DNA of 60,379 bases from positions 1 to 60,379 of the forward strand of contig JAUCBJ010001931.1 of NCBI GenBank assembly GCA_032718475.1. Direction: 5' to 3'. Shown here one piece after another: positions 34,701 to 47,900 of the stretch. Position numbers and translations under genes: made by a program. This DNA is from Nemertoderma westbladi. Taxonomy: Eukaryota; Animalia; Xenacoelomorpha. Position 1 is the stretch's first letter. Every line of letters starts with the position of its first letter. The notes under the pieces are model-generated. The model worked only from the letters and a program-made list of their open reading frames with translations, was not told where the DNA came from and ran no database searches.

Positions 34701-37700
34701 TCCATGTCTGTAATAATATGTCCATGTCTGTAATAATATGTACATGTCTGTAATATTATGTACAGTACATCTCTGTAATAGTATGTACATGTCTGTAATA
34801 ATATGTCCATGTCTGTAATAATAGTCCATGTCTGTAATAATATGTCCATGTCTGTAATAATGTCCATATCTGTAATAATATGTACATGTCTGTAATAATA
34901 TGTCCATGTCTGTAATAATATGTACATGTCTGTAATAATATGTACATGTCTGTAATATTATGTACAGTACATCTCTGTAATAGTATGTACATGTCTGTAA
35001 TAATATGTCCATGTCTGTAATAATAGTCCATGTCTGTAATAATATGTCCATGTCTGTAATAATGTCCATATCTGTAATAATATGTACATGTCTGTAATAA
35101 TATGTCCATGTCTGTAATAATATGTCCATGTCTGTAATAATATGTACATGTCTGTAATATTATGTACAGTACATCTCTGTAATAGTATGTACATGTCTGT
35201 AATAATATGTCCATGTCTGTAATAATAGTCCATGTCTGTAATAATATGTCCATGTCTGTAATAATGTCCATATCTGTAATAATATGTACATGTCTGTAAT
35301 AATATGTCCATGTCTGTAATAATATGTCCATGTCTGTAATAATATGTCCATGTCTGTAATAATAGTCCATGTCTGTAATAATATGTCCATGTCTGTAATA
35401 ATGTCCATATCTGTAATAATATGTACATGTCTGTAATAATATGTACATGTCTGTAATAATATGTCCATGTCTGTAATAATAGTCCATGTCTGTAATAATA
35501 TGTCCATGTCTGTAATAATGTCCATATCTGTAATAATATGTCCATGTCTGTAATAATATGTCCATGTCTGTAATAATATGTACATGTCTGTAATAATATG
35601 TACATGTCTGTAATATTATGTACAGTACATCTCTGTAATAGTATGTACATGTCTGTAATAATATGTCCATGTCTGTAATAATATGTCCATGTCTGAAAAT
35701 AATATGTCCATGTCTGTAATAATATGTACATGTCTGTAATAATATGTACATGTCTGTAATATTATGTACAGTACATCTCTGTAATAGTATGTACATGTCT
35801 GTAATAATATGTCCATGTCTGTAATAATAGTCCATGTCTGTAATAATATGTCCATGTCTGTAATAATGTCCATATCTGTAATAATATGTACATGTCTGTA
35901 ATAATATGTCCATGTCTGTAATAATATGTCCATGTCTGTAATAATATGTACATGTCTGTAATATTATGTACAGTACATCTCTGTAATAGTATGTACATGT
36001 CTGTAATAATATGTCCATGTCTGTAATAATAGTCCATGTCTGTAATAATATGTCCATGTCTGTAATAATGTCCATATCTGTAATAATATGTACATGTCTG
36101 TAATAATATGTCCATGTCTGTAATAATATGTACATGTCTGTAATAATATGTACATGTCTGTAATATTATGTACAGTACATCTCTGTAATAGTATGTACAT
36201 GTCTGTAATAATATGTCCATGTCTGTAATAATAGTCCATGTCTGTAATAATATGTCCATGTCTGTAATAATGTCCATATCTGTAATAATATGTACATGTC
36301 TGTAATAATATGTCCATGTCTGTAATAATATGTCCATGTCTGTAATAATAGTCCATGTCTGTAATAATATGTCCATGTCTGTAATAATGTCCATATCTGT
36401 AATAATATGTACATGTCTGTAATAATATGTCCATGTCTGTAATAATATGTCCATGTCTGTAATAATATGTACGTACATGTCTGTAATAATATGTCCATGT
36501 CTGTAATATGTACATGTCTGTAATAATATGTCCATGTCTGTAATAATATGTACATGTCTGTAATAATATGTCCATGTCTGTAATAATATGTCCATGTCTG
36601 TAATAATATGTCCATGTCTGTAATAATATGTCCATGGCTGTAATAATATGTCAATGTCTGTAATAATATGTCCATGTCTGTAATAATATGTCCATGTCTG
36701 TAATAATATGTACATTGTACATGTCTGTAATAATGTCCATGTCTGTAATAATATGTCCATATCTGTAATAATATGTCCATGTCTGTAATAATATGTCCAT
36801 GTCTGTAATAATATGTCCATGTCTGTAATAATATGTACATGTCTGTAATAATATGTACATATCTGTAATATTGTCCATGTCTGTAATAATATGTCCATGT
36901 CTGTAATAATATGTACATTGTACATGTCTGTAATAATGTCCATGTCTGTAATAATATGTCCATGTCTGTAATAATATGTCCATGTCTGTAATAATATGTC
37001 CATGTATGTAATAATATGTCCATGTCTGTAATAATGTCCATGTCTGTAATAATATGTCCATGTCTGTAATAATATGTCCATGTCTGTAATAATATGTCCA
37101 TGTCTGTAATAATATGTCCATGTCTGTAATAATATGTCCATGTCTGTAATAATAGTCCATGTCTGTAATAATATGTCCATGTCTGTAATAATGTCCATAT
37201 CTGTAATAATATGTACATGTCTGTAATAATATGTCCATGTCTGTAATAATATGTACATGTCTGTAATAATATGTACATGTCTGTAATATTATGTACAGTA
37301 CATCTCTGTAATAGTATGTACATGTCTGTAATAATATGTCCATGTCTGTAATAATAGTCCATGTCTGTAATAATATGTACATGTCTGTAATAATATGTAC
37401 ATGTCTGTAATAATATGTACATGTCTGTAATAATATGTACATGTCTGTAATAATATGTCCATGTCTGTAATAATATGTCCATGTCTGTAATAATAGTCCA
37501 TATCTGTAATAATATGTACATGTCTGTAATAATATGTCCATGTCTGTAATAATATGTCCATGTCTGTAATAATATGTACGTACATGTCTGTAATAATATG
37601 TCCATGTCTGTAATAATATGTCCATGTCTGTAATAATATGTCCATGTCTGTAATAATATGTCCATGTCTGTAATAATATGTACATGTCTGTAATAATATG

Positions 37701-40502
37701 TCCATGTCTGTAATAATATGTCCATGTCTGTAATAATATGTACATGTCTGTAATAATATGTCCATGTCTGTAATAATATGTCCATGTCTGTAATAATATG
37801 TACATGTCTGTAATAATATGTCCATGTCTGTAATAATATGTCCATGTCTGTAATAATATGTACATGTCTGTAATAATATGTACATGTCTGTAATAATATG
37901 TCCATGTCTGTAATAATATGTCCATGTCTGTAATAATATGTCCATGTCTGTAATAATATGTACATGTCTGTAATAATATGTACATATCTGTAATATTGTC
38001 CATGTCTGTAATAATATGTCCATGTCTGTAATAATATGTACATTGTACATGTCTGTAATAATGTCCATGTCTGTAATAATATGTCCATGTCTGTAATAAT
38101 ATGTCCATGTCTGTAATAATATGTCCATGTCTGTAATAATATGTCCATGTCTGTAATAATAGTCCATGTCTGTAATAATATGTACATGTCTGTAATAATA
38201 TGTCCATGTCTGTAATAATATGTCCATGTCTGTAATAATATGTACATGTCTGTAATAATATGTCCATGTCTGTAATAATATGTCCATGTCTGTAATAATA
38301 TGTCCATGTCTGTAATAATATGTACATGTCTGTAATAATATGTACATGTCTGTAATAATATGTCCATGTCTGTAATAATAGTCCATGTCTGTAATAATAT
38401 GTACATGTCTGTAATAATATGTCCATGTCTGTAATAATATGTCCATGTCTGTAATAATATGTCCATGTCTGTAATAATATGTCCATGTCTGTAATAATAT
38501 GTCCATGTCTGTAATAATATGTCCATGTCTGTAATAATAGTCCATGTCTGTAATAATATGTACATGTCTGTAATAATATGTCCATGTCTGTAATAATATG
38601 TCCATGTCTGTAATAATATGTCCATGTCTGTAATAATATGTACATGTCTGTAATAATATGTACATGTCTGTAATAATATGTCCATGTCTGTAATAATATG
38701 TCCATGTCTGTAATAATATGTCCATGTCTGTAATAATATGTACATGTCTGTAATAATATGTACATATCTGTAATATTGTCCATGTCTGTAATAATATGTC
38801 CATGTCTGTAATAATATGTACATTGTACATGTCTGTAATAATGTCCATGTCTGTAATAATATGTCCATGTCTGTAATAATAGTCCATGTCTGTAATAATA
38901 TGTACTTGTCTGTAATAATATGTACATATCTGTAATAATATGTACATTGTACATGTCTGTAATAATGTCCATGTCTGTAATAATATGTCCATGTCTGTAA
39001 TAATATGTCCATGTCTGTAATAATATGTACGTACATGTCTGTAATAATATGTCCATGTCTGTAATAATATGTCCATGTCTGTAATAATATGTCCATGTCT
39101 GTAATAATATGTCCATGGCTGTAATAATATGTCAATGTCTGTAATAATATGTCCATGTCTGTAATAATATGTCCATGTCTGTAATAATATGTACATTGTA
39201 CATGTCTGTAATAATGTCCATGTCTGTAATAATATGTCCATATCTGTAATAATATGTCCATGTCTGTAATAATATGTCCATGTCTGTAATAATATGTCCA
39301 TGTCTGTAATAATATGTACATGTCTGTAATAATATGTACATATCTGTAATATTGTCCATGTCTGTAATAATATGTCCATGTCTGTAATAATATGTACATT
39401 GTACATGTCTGTAATAATGTCCATGTCTGTAATAATATGTCCATGTCTGTAATAATATGTCCATGTCTGTAATAATATGTCCATGTATGTAATAATATGT
39501 CCATGTCTGTAATAATGTCCATGTCTGTAATAATATGTCCATGTCTGTAATAATATGTCCATGTCTGTAATAATATGTCCATGTCTGTAATAATATGTCC
39601 ATGTCTGTAATAATATGTCCATGTCTGTAATAATAGTCCATGTCTGTAATAATATGTCCATGTCTGTAATAATGTCCATATCTGTAATAATATGTACATG
39701 TCTGTAATAATATGTCCATGTCTGTAATAATATGTACATGTCTGTAATAATATGTACATGTCTGTAATATTATGTACAGTACATCTCTGTAATAGTATGT
39801 ACATGTCTGTAATAATATGTCCATGTCTGTAATAATAGTCCATGTCTGTAATAATATGTACATGTCTGTAATAATATGTACATATCTGTAATATTGTCCA
39901 TGTCTGTAATAATATGTCCATGTCTGTAATAATATGTACATTGTACATGTCTGTAATAATGTCCATGTCTGTAATAATATGTCCATGTCTGTAATAATAT
40001 GTCCATGTCTGTAATAATATGTCCATGTCTGTAATAATATGTCCATGTCTGTAATAATAGTCCATGTCTGTAATAATATGTACATGTCTGTAATAATATG
40101 TACATATCTGTAATATTGTCCATGTCTGTAATAATATGTCCATGTCTGTAATAATATGTACATTGTACATGTCTGTAATAATGTCCATGTCTGTAATAAT
40201 ATGTCCATGTCTGTAATAATATGTCCATGTCTGTAATAATATGTCCATGTCTGTAATAATATGTCCATGTCTGTAATAATGTCCATGTCTGTAATAATAT
40301 GTCCATGTCTGTAATAATATGTCCATGTCTGTAATAATATGTCCATGTCTGTAATAATATGTCCATGTCTGTAATAATATGTCCATGTCTGTAATAATAT
40401 GTCCATGTCTGTAATAATATGTCCATGTCTGTAATAATATGTCCATGTCTGTAATAATATGTCCATGTCTGTAATAATATGTCCATGTCTGTAATAATAT
40501 GT
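31768..40502. repeat. 20-bp satellite (TGTCTGTAATAATATGT[C/A]CA)n, about 8.7 kb, with higher-order repeats; degenerate tail at 40670-40770
   Basis: Directly visible; diagnostic variants recur at 202-bp and 2481-bp spacing. Confidence 0.98.
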
Positions 40503-41188
40503 TTAATCGACTTTACTGATATATATAATCAATTAAACAGAGATTAAAATTTAAATATACGGTAAGGGTAAATTTAAACCATGTCAACAATAAACTTTAA
40601 CATTTTTCATACATGTCTGAGTCTTGTTGCGTATTACAATCATTGAACTTATAGTAACTGGTTTATGATACTGTAATAATATGTACATCTGTAATAATAT
40701 GTCCATGTTTGTAATAATATCCCATATCTGTAATAATATCCCATATCTGTAATAATAAATCCATTTCTGTTATCGCCGGAGACGCTAAAGATTGAAAGCT
40801 AAAATAACCATTCTGGCTCATACAGTAAGGAGGAGGGAGATGAGACTATCTCTGTTTCAAATTGTATGCAATCCCAATAAGATCTGTTGAAAAATTCGGG
40901 GTGGGGGTCACTGAATTACGAAACTATATTCCAGAACATGGTATACTGTATATGGTAGACCACTAGGTTTCCTATCGCCTGTTTGAGGCCATAAAACAAG
41001 GTCACGCACTGTGTCTCGTTTCCAATTGTAATCAAACACACTTAATTCACACTGATACATAAATCGTTATTAATAATATTAGCATTAATAGTTAATAAAT
41101 TAATATTTAATCAATTATAATTAATATTTTAAATTAGGATATATTAATAATATTAAAATAAGTTATACTGCATTAATTATATTAATAA

Positions 41189-41812
41189 TTATGAGTGTAT
41201 GTAAGGTTTGTAGGTGTAATACTTAGGGAAAGAATCCAATCTAATGTGAACCCAATAAACTCCCAAACCGCTAGTAGAAAGCCATACCTTGCTATCGGGA
41301 TGCGAGCTCAGTCGTTGTTGCATCGCTCGACCCGTAATTCGCCACAACTCGTCGACCTGTATGGGATCCGCGAATCGAACAAAGTTCGCCAGGTGAGCGT
41401 ATGCGTTGCTACGCGACGAGGTCAACGGACACGGCGCCACTAGAAACGCGTCGCCACCCAGATTGGGGAAACCGGTGATATTGTTAGTAGAACTAGCGTA
41501 ATGTTCTGAGAAAGCCTCCACTTCCTCAGCAACTCCGACTAAGGATTCAGCTTCCTTTAGAATAAACTCGAAGTTCTGATTGTTTGAAGTAGCGAAGGAT
41601 ATGGCAGGAGTTTCAAAAAAATATGCATCAAATTGAACTGAATCTTTTAAGACTTTAAGGAAGGCCTTGAGGAATTCTGGTTGACCGTTCTGTTCTTCTG
41701 ACATTAGTTTAATAGCGGTCCAATAAGTTATATGTTCCCCGTTTCTTTCAGCACGGAATTTTTTGCAGTTCCTCCCAATTATTTCTTCGGTAAAAGTGAA
41801 TTCCGGCTCCAT
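41189..41812 (-). CDS. DUF6940-like uncharacterised protein, intronless (ORF extends to 41995; probable start MEPEF at 41812)
   Basis: AYFFETP, FEF, AFSEH, FPNLGGDAFLVAP, YAHLANFVR and WLSTSGLGVYWVHIRLDSFPKYY are the motif series I recall for this family. ORF intact. Confidence 0.8.
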   Translation of the reverse strand: MEPEFTFTEEIIGRNCKKFRAERNGEHITYWTAIKLMSEEQNGQPEFLKAFLKVLKDSVQFDAYFFETPAISFATSNNQNFEFILKEAESLVGVAEEVEAFSEHYASSTNNITGFPNLGGDAFLVAPCPLTSSRSNAYAHLANFVRFADPIQVDELWRITGRAMQQRLSSHPDSKVWLSTSGLGVYWVHIRLDSFPKYYTYKPYIHS

Positions 41813-42409
41813 CGTTGATGTTATTGTAACGGGAAAAGCGAAGGTTTTCTGTACCGGTAGAATTCGCCACAGTAGTGAGGAACTGATTAACAATACTAAT
41901 ACAACGGCGCAAATATGTCTACCGCTAGACCTACAGCTAATGTTAATAGCGGGACAGGCGTACAACTTCAGTTGATTAGTCTCAACAGTCAACATTTAAT
42001 TAAGTGTGGGTAAAGTGTAGCAGAGGTCCAATCTCCCGTAAATCGATATCAACAAATAACAGCTGATCACCAGTAATAGGAAACTGTAGGCCTAAACTGT
42101 GGGGCGAGCCACGCAGTCAGTCCTTGGCGACAATTATAATTAGAGAATAGTGCAAAATTTCATGTCCATCTGTCTGTCTGTCTGTCCGTCTGTCTGTAAT
42201 GAAAAATTAATTCGTAAATAACTTTAAAGATTTTAACCATTTTCAGCCAAATTATGTCTGAGCATACTAGAGAAAAAGTTGCAATATTTTTTAAAGTTTC
42301 GGGCAAATACCTCTCGAACTTTTGACTCCAGGTCAAACTTGTTTCGAACTTGCTCAAGTTCGCGTGCTGCGCGACGTCCCACGAACGTGGTTTTATATTG
42401 TCTGATTGT

Positions 42410-42890
42410 ATGACAATTAACAGACTACAACGGCCAAGAATGCAGTTAAGGCTGCATCTAGGTCCCTGAACAGGCAGTACTCTGTTAATGTACAGGAGCT
42501 TATAAAGGAGCGTACAGGAGCTTAAATGCTGACGACAGCAGGCAATCATCCCAGGCATGGGAATCGATCAACTTGCTTGCTGGTCGGAAAAGCCAACCAA
42601 CCACCAAGGTTAAGTCTGAATCACCAGCCGATCGCCTCAATGGTTGGAAGGCCCACTTTGAAAAGCTCCTCAATAATGACAGGGTATTTCCTGATAACTT
42701 TCTAGCAGTAAAAGTGTCTGAGTCGGTAATCCCAGATATTCCCATTGGCGATATCTCCTTTGCAGAAGTGAAGGCTGCTGCAAAGAGCATTAAGACTAAT
42801 CGTGCCAGTGGAGTAGATATAGTGTCCCCCCTGAGGTCTTTAAAATACCTGAGTGTTTCAAGATAATGTACCCTATCATAGTAGACTTAC
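42410..42890 (+). mobile_element. RTE-like LINE internal fragment (endonuclease-RT linker)
   Basis: AGRKS...RLNGWKAHFEKLLN...ISFAEVKAAAKSIKTNRASGVD, frameshifted. Confidence 0.7.
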
Positions 42891-43127
42891 GTACAGAACG
42901 ACGAGAGTCCCACAAAGAAATGAAAACAGGCTTGGTGCCAGTTTAGTGGCGGATTTAGGGTGTATGTCACTATGTCATGACTTACTATAGATACGACCCG
43001 CCAAGCTGCTGCAAAGCCCGTAAATTTAGTGGGCCAGTTATTTCTTTTAGATAGAACCCCTGAAACAATAGTCTAGCGCGTCGAAAGTCATACTATAGTA
43101 GGTCATGACTATGTCATGACCTACCCA

Positions 43128-43790
43128 TTAATAATAATAATAATAATAATAATGTATATTTCTATAGCGCCTATCTAGGCTTGTTTCGAGGCGCTTGACC
43201 ATCAAAGTCTAAACAACAACAAACAACATCATCAATATCAATATATATATATACAGTATAAAATAAGTAATGGTAATTTTTAAAAACTAGTATAAAAACG
43301 AGATAGAATTTATTAATCGTACTCAATATGAAATAAAAATGTTTTAAGACCAGATTTAAAAGCACCAAGCGATTGTGAGTTTCGAAGGTCTAGTGGAAGG
43401 GAATTCCATATTCTGAGTGCGGCGACAGAGAAGGCGCGCTTGCCGTAATTTTCTAGGTTATATCTGGAGATTTCAAGCAACCCAGAGTTACCGGATCGCA
43501 GTAACCGCTGTGGCTCATATCGCGTTAGTAGGATCCGTAGGTAATCCGGTGCCTGATTGGTCATCAATTTATATGTCAACATAGCGATCTTGTATTCTAT
43601 TCGACGGTGCACTGGGAGCCAATGTAGCCTTTTTAGAACTGGGCTAATGTGGTCCCGTTTCTTTACTCCCCCCGACTAGTCGAGCCGCCGAATTCTGTAC
43701 GTATTGTAATTTTGTTGTGTATTTTGAAGGCAATCCATAATACAGAGCATTATTATAATCTAATCTGCTTGTAATAAATGTGTGAACCAA
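43128..43790 (-). mobile_element. L2-clade LINE 3' end with (ATT)n tail
   Basis: [50 protein letters not shown]; 3' AAGCGCC...AGGCGCTAT stem-loop followed by (ATT)n. Confidence 0.9.
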
Positions 43791-44036
43791 GATCATATTG
43801 GAAAACAACATTGGAAAACCCGCGGTAAAACACTATGAATTTACATTATTTTGTAATATTTAATAATTTTGTAATATATTTGACAAGATAATATCGAAAT
43901 AGCTAAAATCTTAACTCGGAAATATAAAATATACAAAATAGAATATAAAATAAATAACTATGTAATCAACCCGTCACCAATTCACTTAAGTTTCTAATCC
44001 GTTTCCCTCTCACTTTCATCCATACATACTGTACCC

Positions 44037-44322
44037 CAGGCCCGTAGCAGGGATTTTAAAAGGGCGGTTCGATTTTTCCAAAAAAAGGGCACTTTTTTAA
44101 TTTGTTTAAATAATGACAAATATCAAATATACGGGGGGGGGGGGGGGGGTGGACTTTAATATTTGCTTTGCTGGAGAGGGCACTTTTACGAATAGGAATA
44201 TAATTAAAAGGATAATATTTCTCAAAAAGGGCACATTTCCCAAAATTGTGTTCGTATAAAAGGGCACTTTTCTCAAAAGGTCGGTTTGTTCGAACCAACG
44301 AACCCCCCTGGCTACGGGCCTG
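44037..44322. mobile_element. hAT-like MITE with CAGGCCCGTAGC TIRs
   Basis: CAGGCCCGTAGC...GCTACGGGCCTG with internal AGGGCAC repeats. CTGTACCC occurs at both flanks, overlapping the right TIR. Confidence 0.75.
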
Positions 44323-44952
44323 TACCCTCACACACAATCACCTAATCCTGCATCCCAGCTGAATCACACAAAACCAATCTCACACTAAATGCACCACACC
44401 AAATACGAACATAATGTATAAACTAATAAATAACAACACTACATCCCTCCTAGATGGAGATAGTCTATACTACTGGTGTATCTAAGAAATTATATCCTTC
44501 TCACATCCCCCTTATTAAACCATTTAGTTCGCCAGGTCTATATATCTGACAACGGGTCTGGTCTACGCTCTCTAAGTCAACCTTCTAAGTAATAGCTCTG
44601 CAGGCTAAGGTTCTACAGTAGGTCTCTAGCTCCCTGTCAGACTGTTCGTTATCATCCTCTTTGTCATTTGATTCAATATTTATTCCTGTTTCTGCGTGTT
44701 ATTTTCCAATTTCGATTAACTATTTACATAATGTTTTATAATATTGATGTTAACAATTTTTTCTTTGTATTTCTTAACCATATGAGAGATCGTAATTATT
44801 GTTGCGTTAATAATGACAGTTATTTTCGATCCAGACATCCATTTAGTCGGTTTTAAATCCACTGTGTCAAGTTTGGACAAGCAATCTTCAAGATAATTAA
44901 CTAGTTTGGGATACCTGCTTGACGGTTTTCCTATTACCGTACACTATCTCTG

Positions 44953-47900
44953 TTACACCCATACATTGTACCCATATCCTATTACACCCACACATTGCAC
45001 CCATAGACTATTACACCCACACATTGCACCCATATCCTATTACACCCACACATTGCACCCACATCCTATTACACCCACACATTGCACCCATATCCTATTA
45101 CACCCACACATTGCACCCATATCCTATTACACCCACACATTGCACCCATATCCTATTACACCCACACATTGCACCCATATCCTATTACACCCACACATTG
45201 CACCCATATCCTATTACACCCACACATTGTACCCATATCCTATTACACCCACACATTGTACCCATATCCTATTACACCCACACATTGCACCCATATCCTA
45301 TTACACCCACATATTGCACCCATATCCTATTACACCCACACATTGTACCCATAGAGTATTACACCCACACATTGCACCCATATCCTATTACACCCACACA
45401 TTGCACCCACATCCTATTACACCCACACATTGCACCCATATCCTATTACACCCACACATTGCACCCACATCCTATTACACCCACACATTGCACCCATATC
45501 CTATTACACCCACACATTGCACCCACATCCTATTACACCCACACATTGCACCCATATCCTATTACACCCACATCCTATTACACCCACACATTGTACCCAT
45601 AGACTATTACACCCACACATTGCACCCATATCCTATTACACCCACACATTGCACCCATATCCTATTACACCCACACATTGCACCAATATCCTATTACACC
45701 CACACATTGCACCCACATCCTATTACACCCACACATTGCACCCATATCCTATTACACCCACACATTGCACCCACATCCTATTACACCCACACATTGTACC
45801 CATAGCCTATTACACCCACACATTGCACCCATATCCTATTACACCCACACATTGCACCCATATCCTATTACACCCACACATTGCACCCATATCCTATTAC
45901 ACCCACACATTGCACCCATATCCTATTACACCCACACATTGCACCCACATCCTATTACACCCACACATTGCACCCATATCCTATTACACCCACACATTGC
46001 ACCCATATCATATTACACGCACACATTGCACCCATATCCTATTACACACACACATTGCACCCATATCCTATTTCACCCACACATTGCACCCATATCCCAT
46101 TACACCCACACATTGCACCCATATCCTATTACACCCACACATTGCACCCATACCCTATTACACCCACACATTGCACCCATATCCTATTACACCCACACAT
46201 TGCACCCATATCCTATTACACCCACACATTGCACCCATATCCTATTACACCCACACATTGCACCCATATCCTATTACACCCACACATTGTACCCATATCC
46301 TATTACACCCACACATTGCTCCCATATCCTATTACACCCACACATTGCACCAATATCCTATTACACCCACACATTGTACCCATATCCTATTACACCCACA
46401 CATTGCACCCATATCCTATTACACCCACACATTGCACCCATATCCTATTACACCCACACATTGCACCCATATCCTATTACACCCATATCCTATTACACCC
46501 ACACATTGCACCCATATCCTATTACACCTACACATTGCACCCATATCCTATTACACCCACACATCGCACCCATATCCTATTACACCCATATCCTATTACA
46601 CCCACACATTGCACCCATATCCTATTACACCAACACATTGCACCCATATCCTATTACACCCACACATTGCACCCACATCCTATTACACCCACACATTGCA
46701 CCCATATCATATTACACGCACACATTGTACCCATATCCTATTACACCCACACATTGCAACCATATCCTATTACACCCACACATTGCACCCATATCCTATT
46801 TCACCCACACATTGCACCCATATCCTATTACACCCATATCCTATTACACCCACACATTGCACCCATATCCTATTACACCAACACATTGCACCCATATCCT
46901 ATTACACCCACACATTGCACCCATATCCTATTTCACCCACACATTGCACCCATATCCTATTACACCCATATCCTATTACACCCACACATTGCACCCACAT
47001 CCTATTACAACCACACAATGCACCCATATCATATTACACGCACACATTGCACCCATATCCTATTACACCCACACATTGCAACCATATCCTATTACACCCA
47101 CACATTGCACCCATATCCTATTTCACCCACACATTGCACCCATATCCTATTACACCCATATCCTATTACACCCACACATTGCACCCACATCCTATTACAC
47201 CCACACATTGCACCCATATCATATTACACGCACACATTGCACCCATATCCTATTACACCCACACATTGCAACCATATCCTATTACACGCACACATTGCAC
47301 CCATATCCTATTTCACCCACACATTGCACCCATATCCTATTACACCCATATCCTATTACACCCACACATTGCACCCATATCCTATTACACCCACACATTG
47401 CAACCATATCCTATTACACGCACACATTGCACCCATATCCTATTTCACCCACACATTGCACCCATATCCTATTACACCCATATCCTATTACACCCACACA
47501 TTGCACCCATATCCTATTACACCCACACATTGCACCCATATCCTATTACACCCATATCCTATTACACCCACACATTGCACCCATATCCTATTACACCCAC
47601 ACATTGCACCCATATCCTATTACACCCACACATTGCACCCATAGACTATTACACCCACACATTGCACCCATATCCTATTACACCCACACATTGCACCCAT
47701 ATCCTATTACACCAACACATTGCAACCATATCCTATTATACCCACACATTGCACCCATATCCTATTACACCCACACATTGCACCCATATCCTATTTCACC
47801 CACACATTGCACCCATATCCTATTACACCCATATCCTATTACACCCACACATTGCACCCACATCCTATTACACCCACACATTGCACCCATATCATATTAC

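Noticed and set aside
32002-40486. Very long minus-strand ORFs (up to 1426 aa; MDILLQTWTYYYRHGHIITD repeats)
   Set aside because: The 20-bp monomer lacks stops on that strand, so all three frames are open and cycle through the same peptide; indels are not multiples of 3.
41813-41995. 61-aa N-terminal extension with a hydrophobic stretch on the DUF6940-like ORF
   Set aside because: No recognisable family similarity, and it contains a TACCGGTA scar-like word; more likely UTR, though a signal anchor cannot be excluded.
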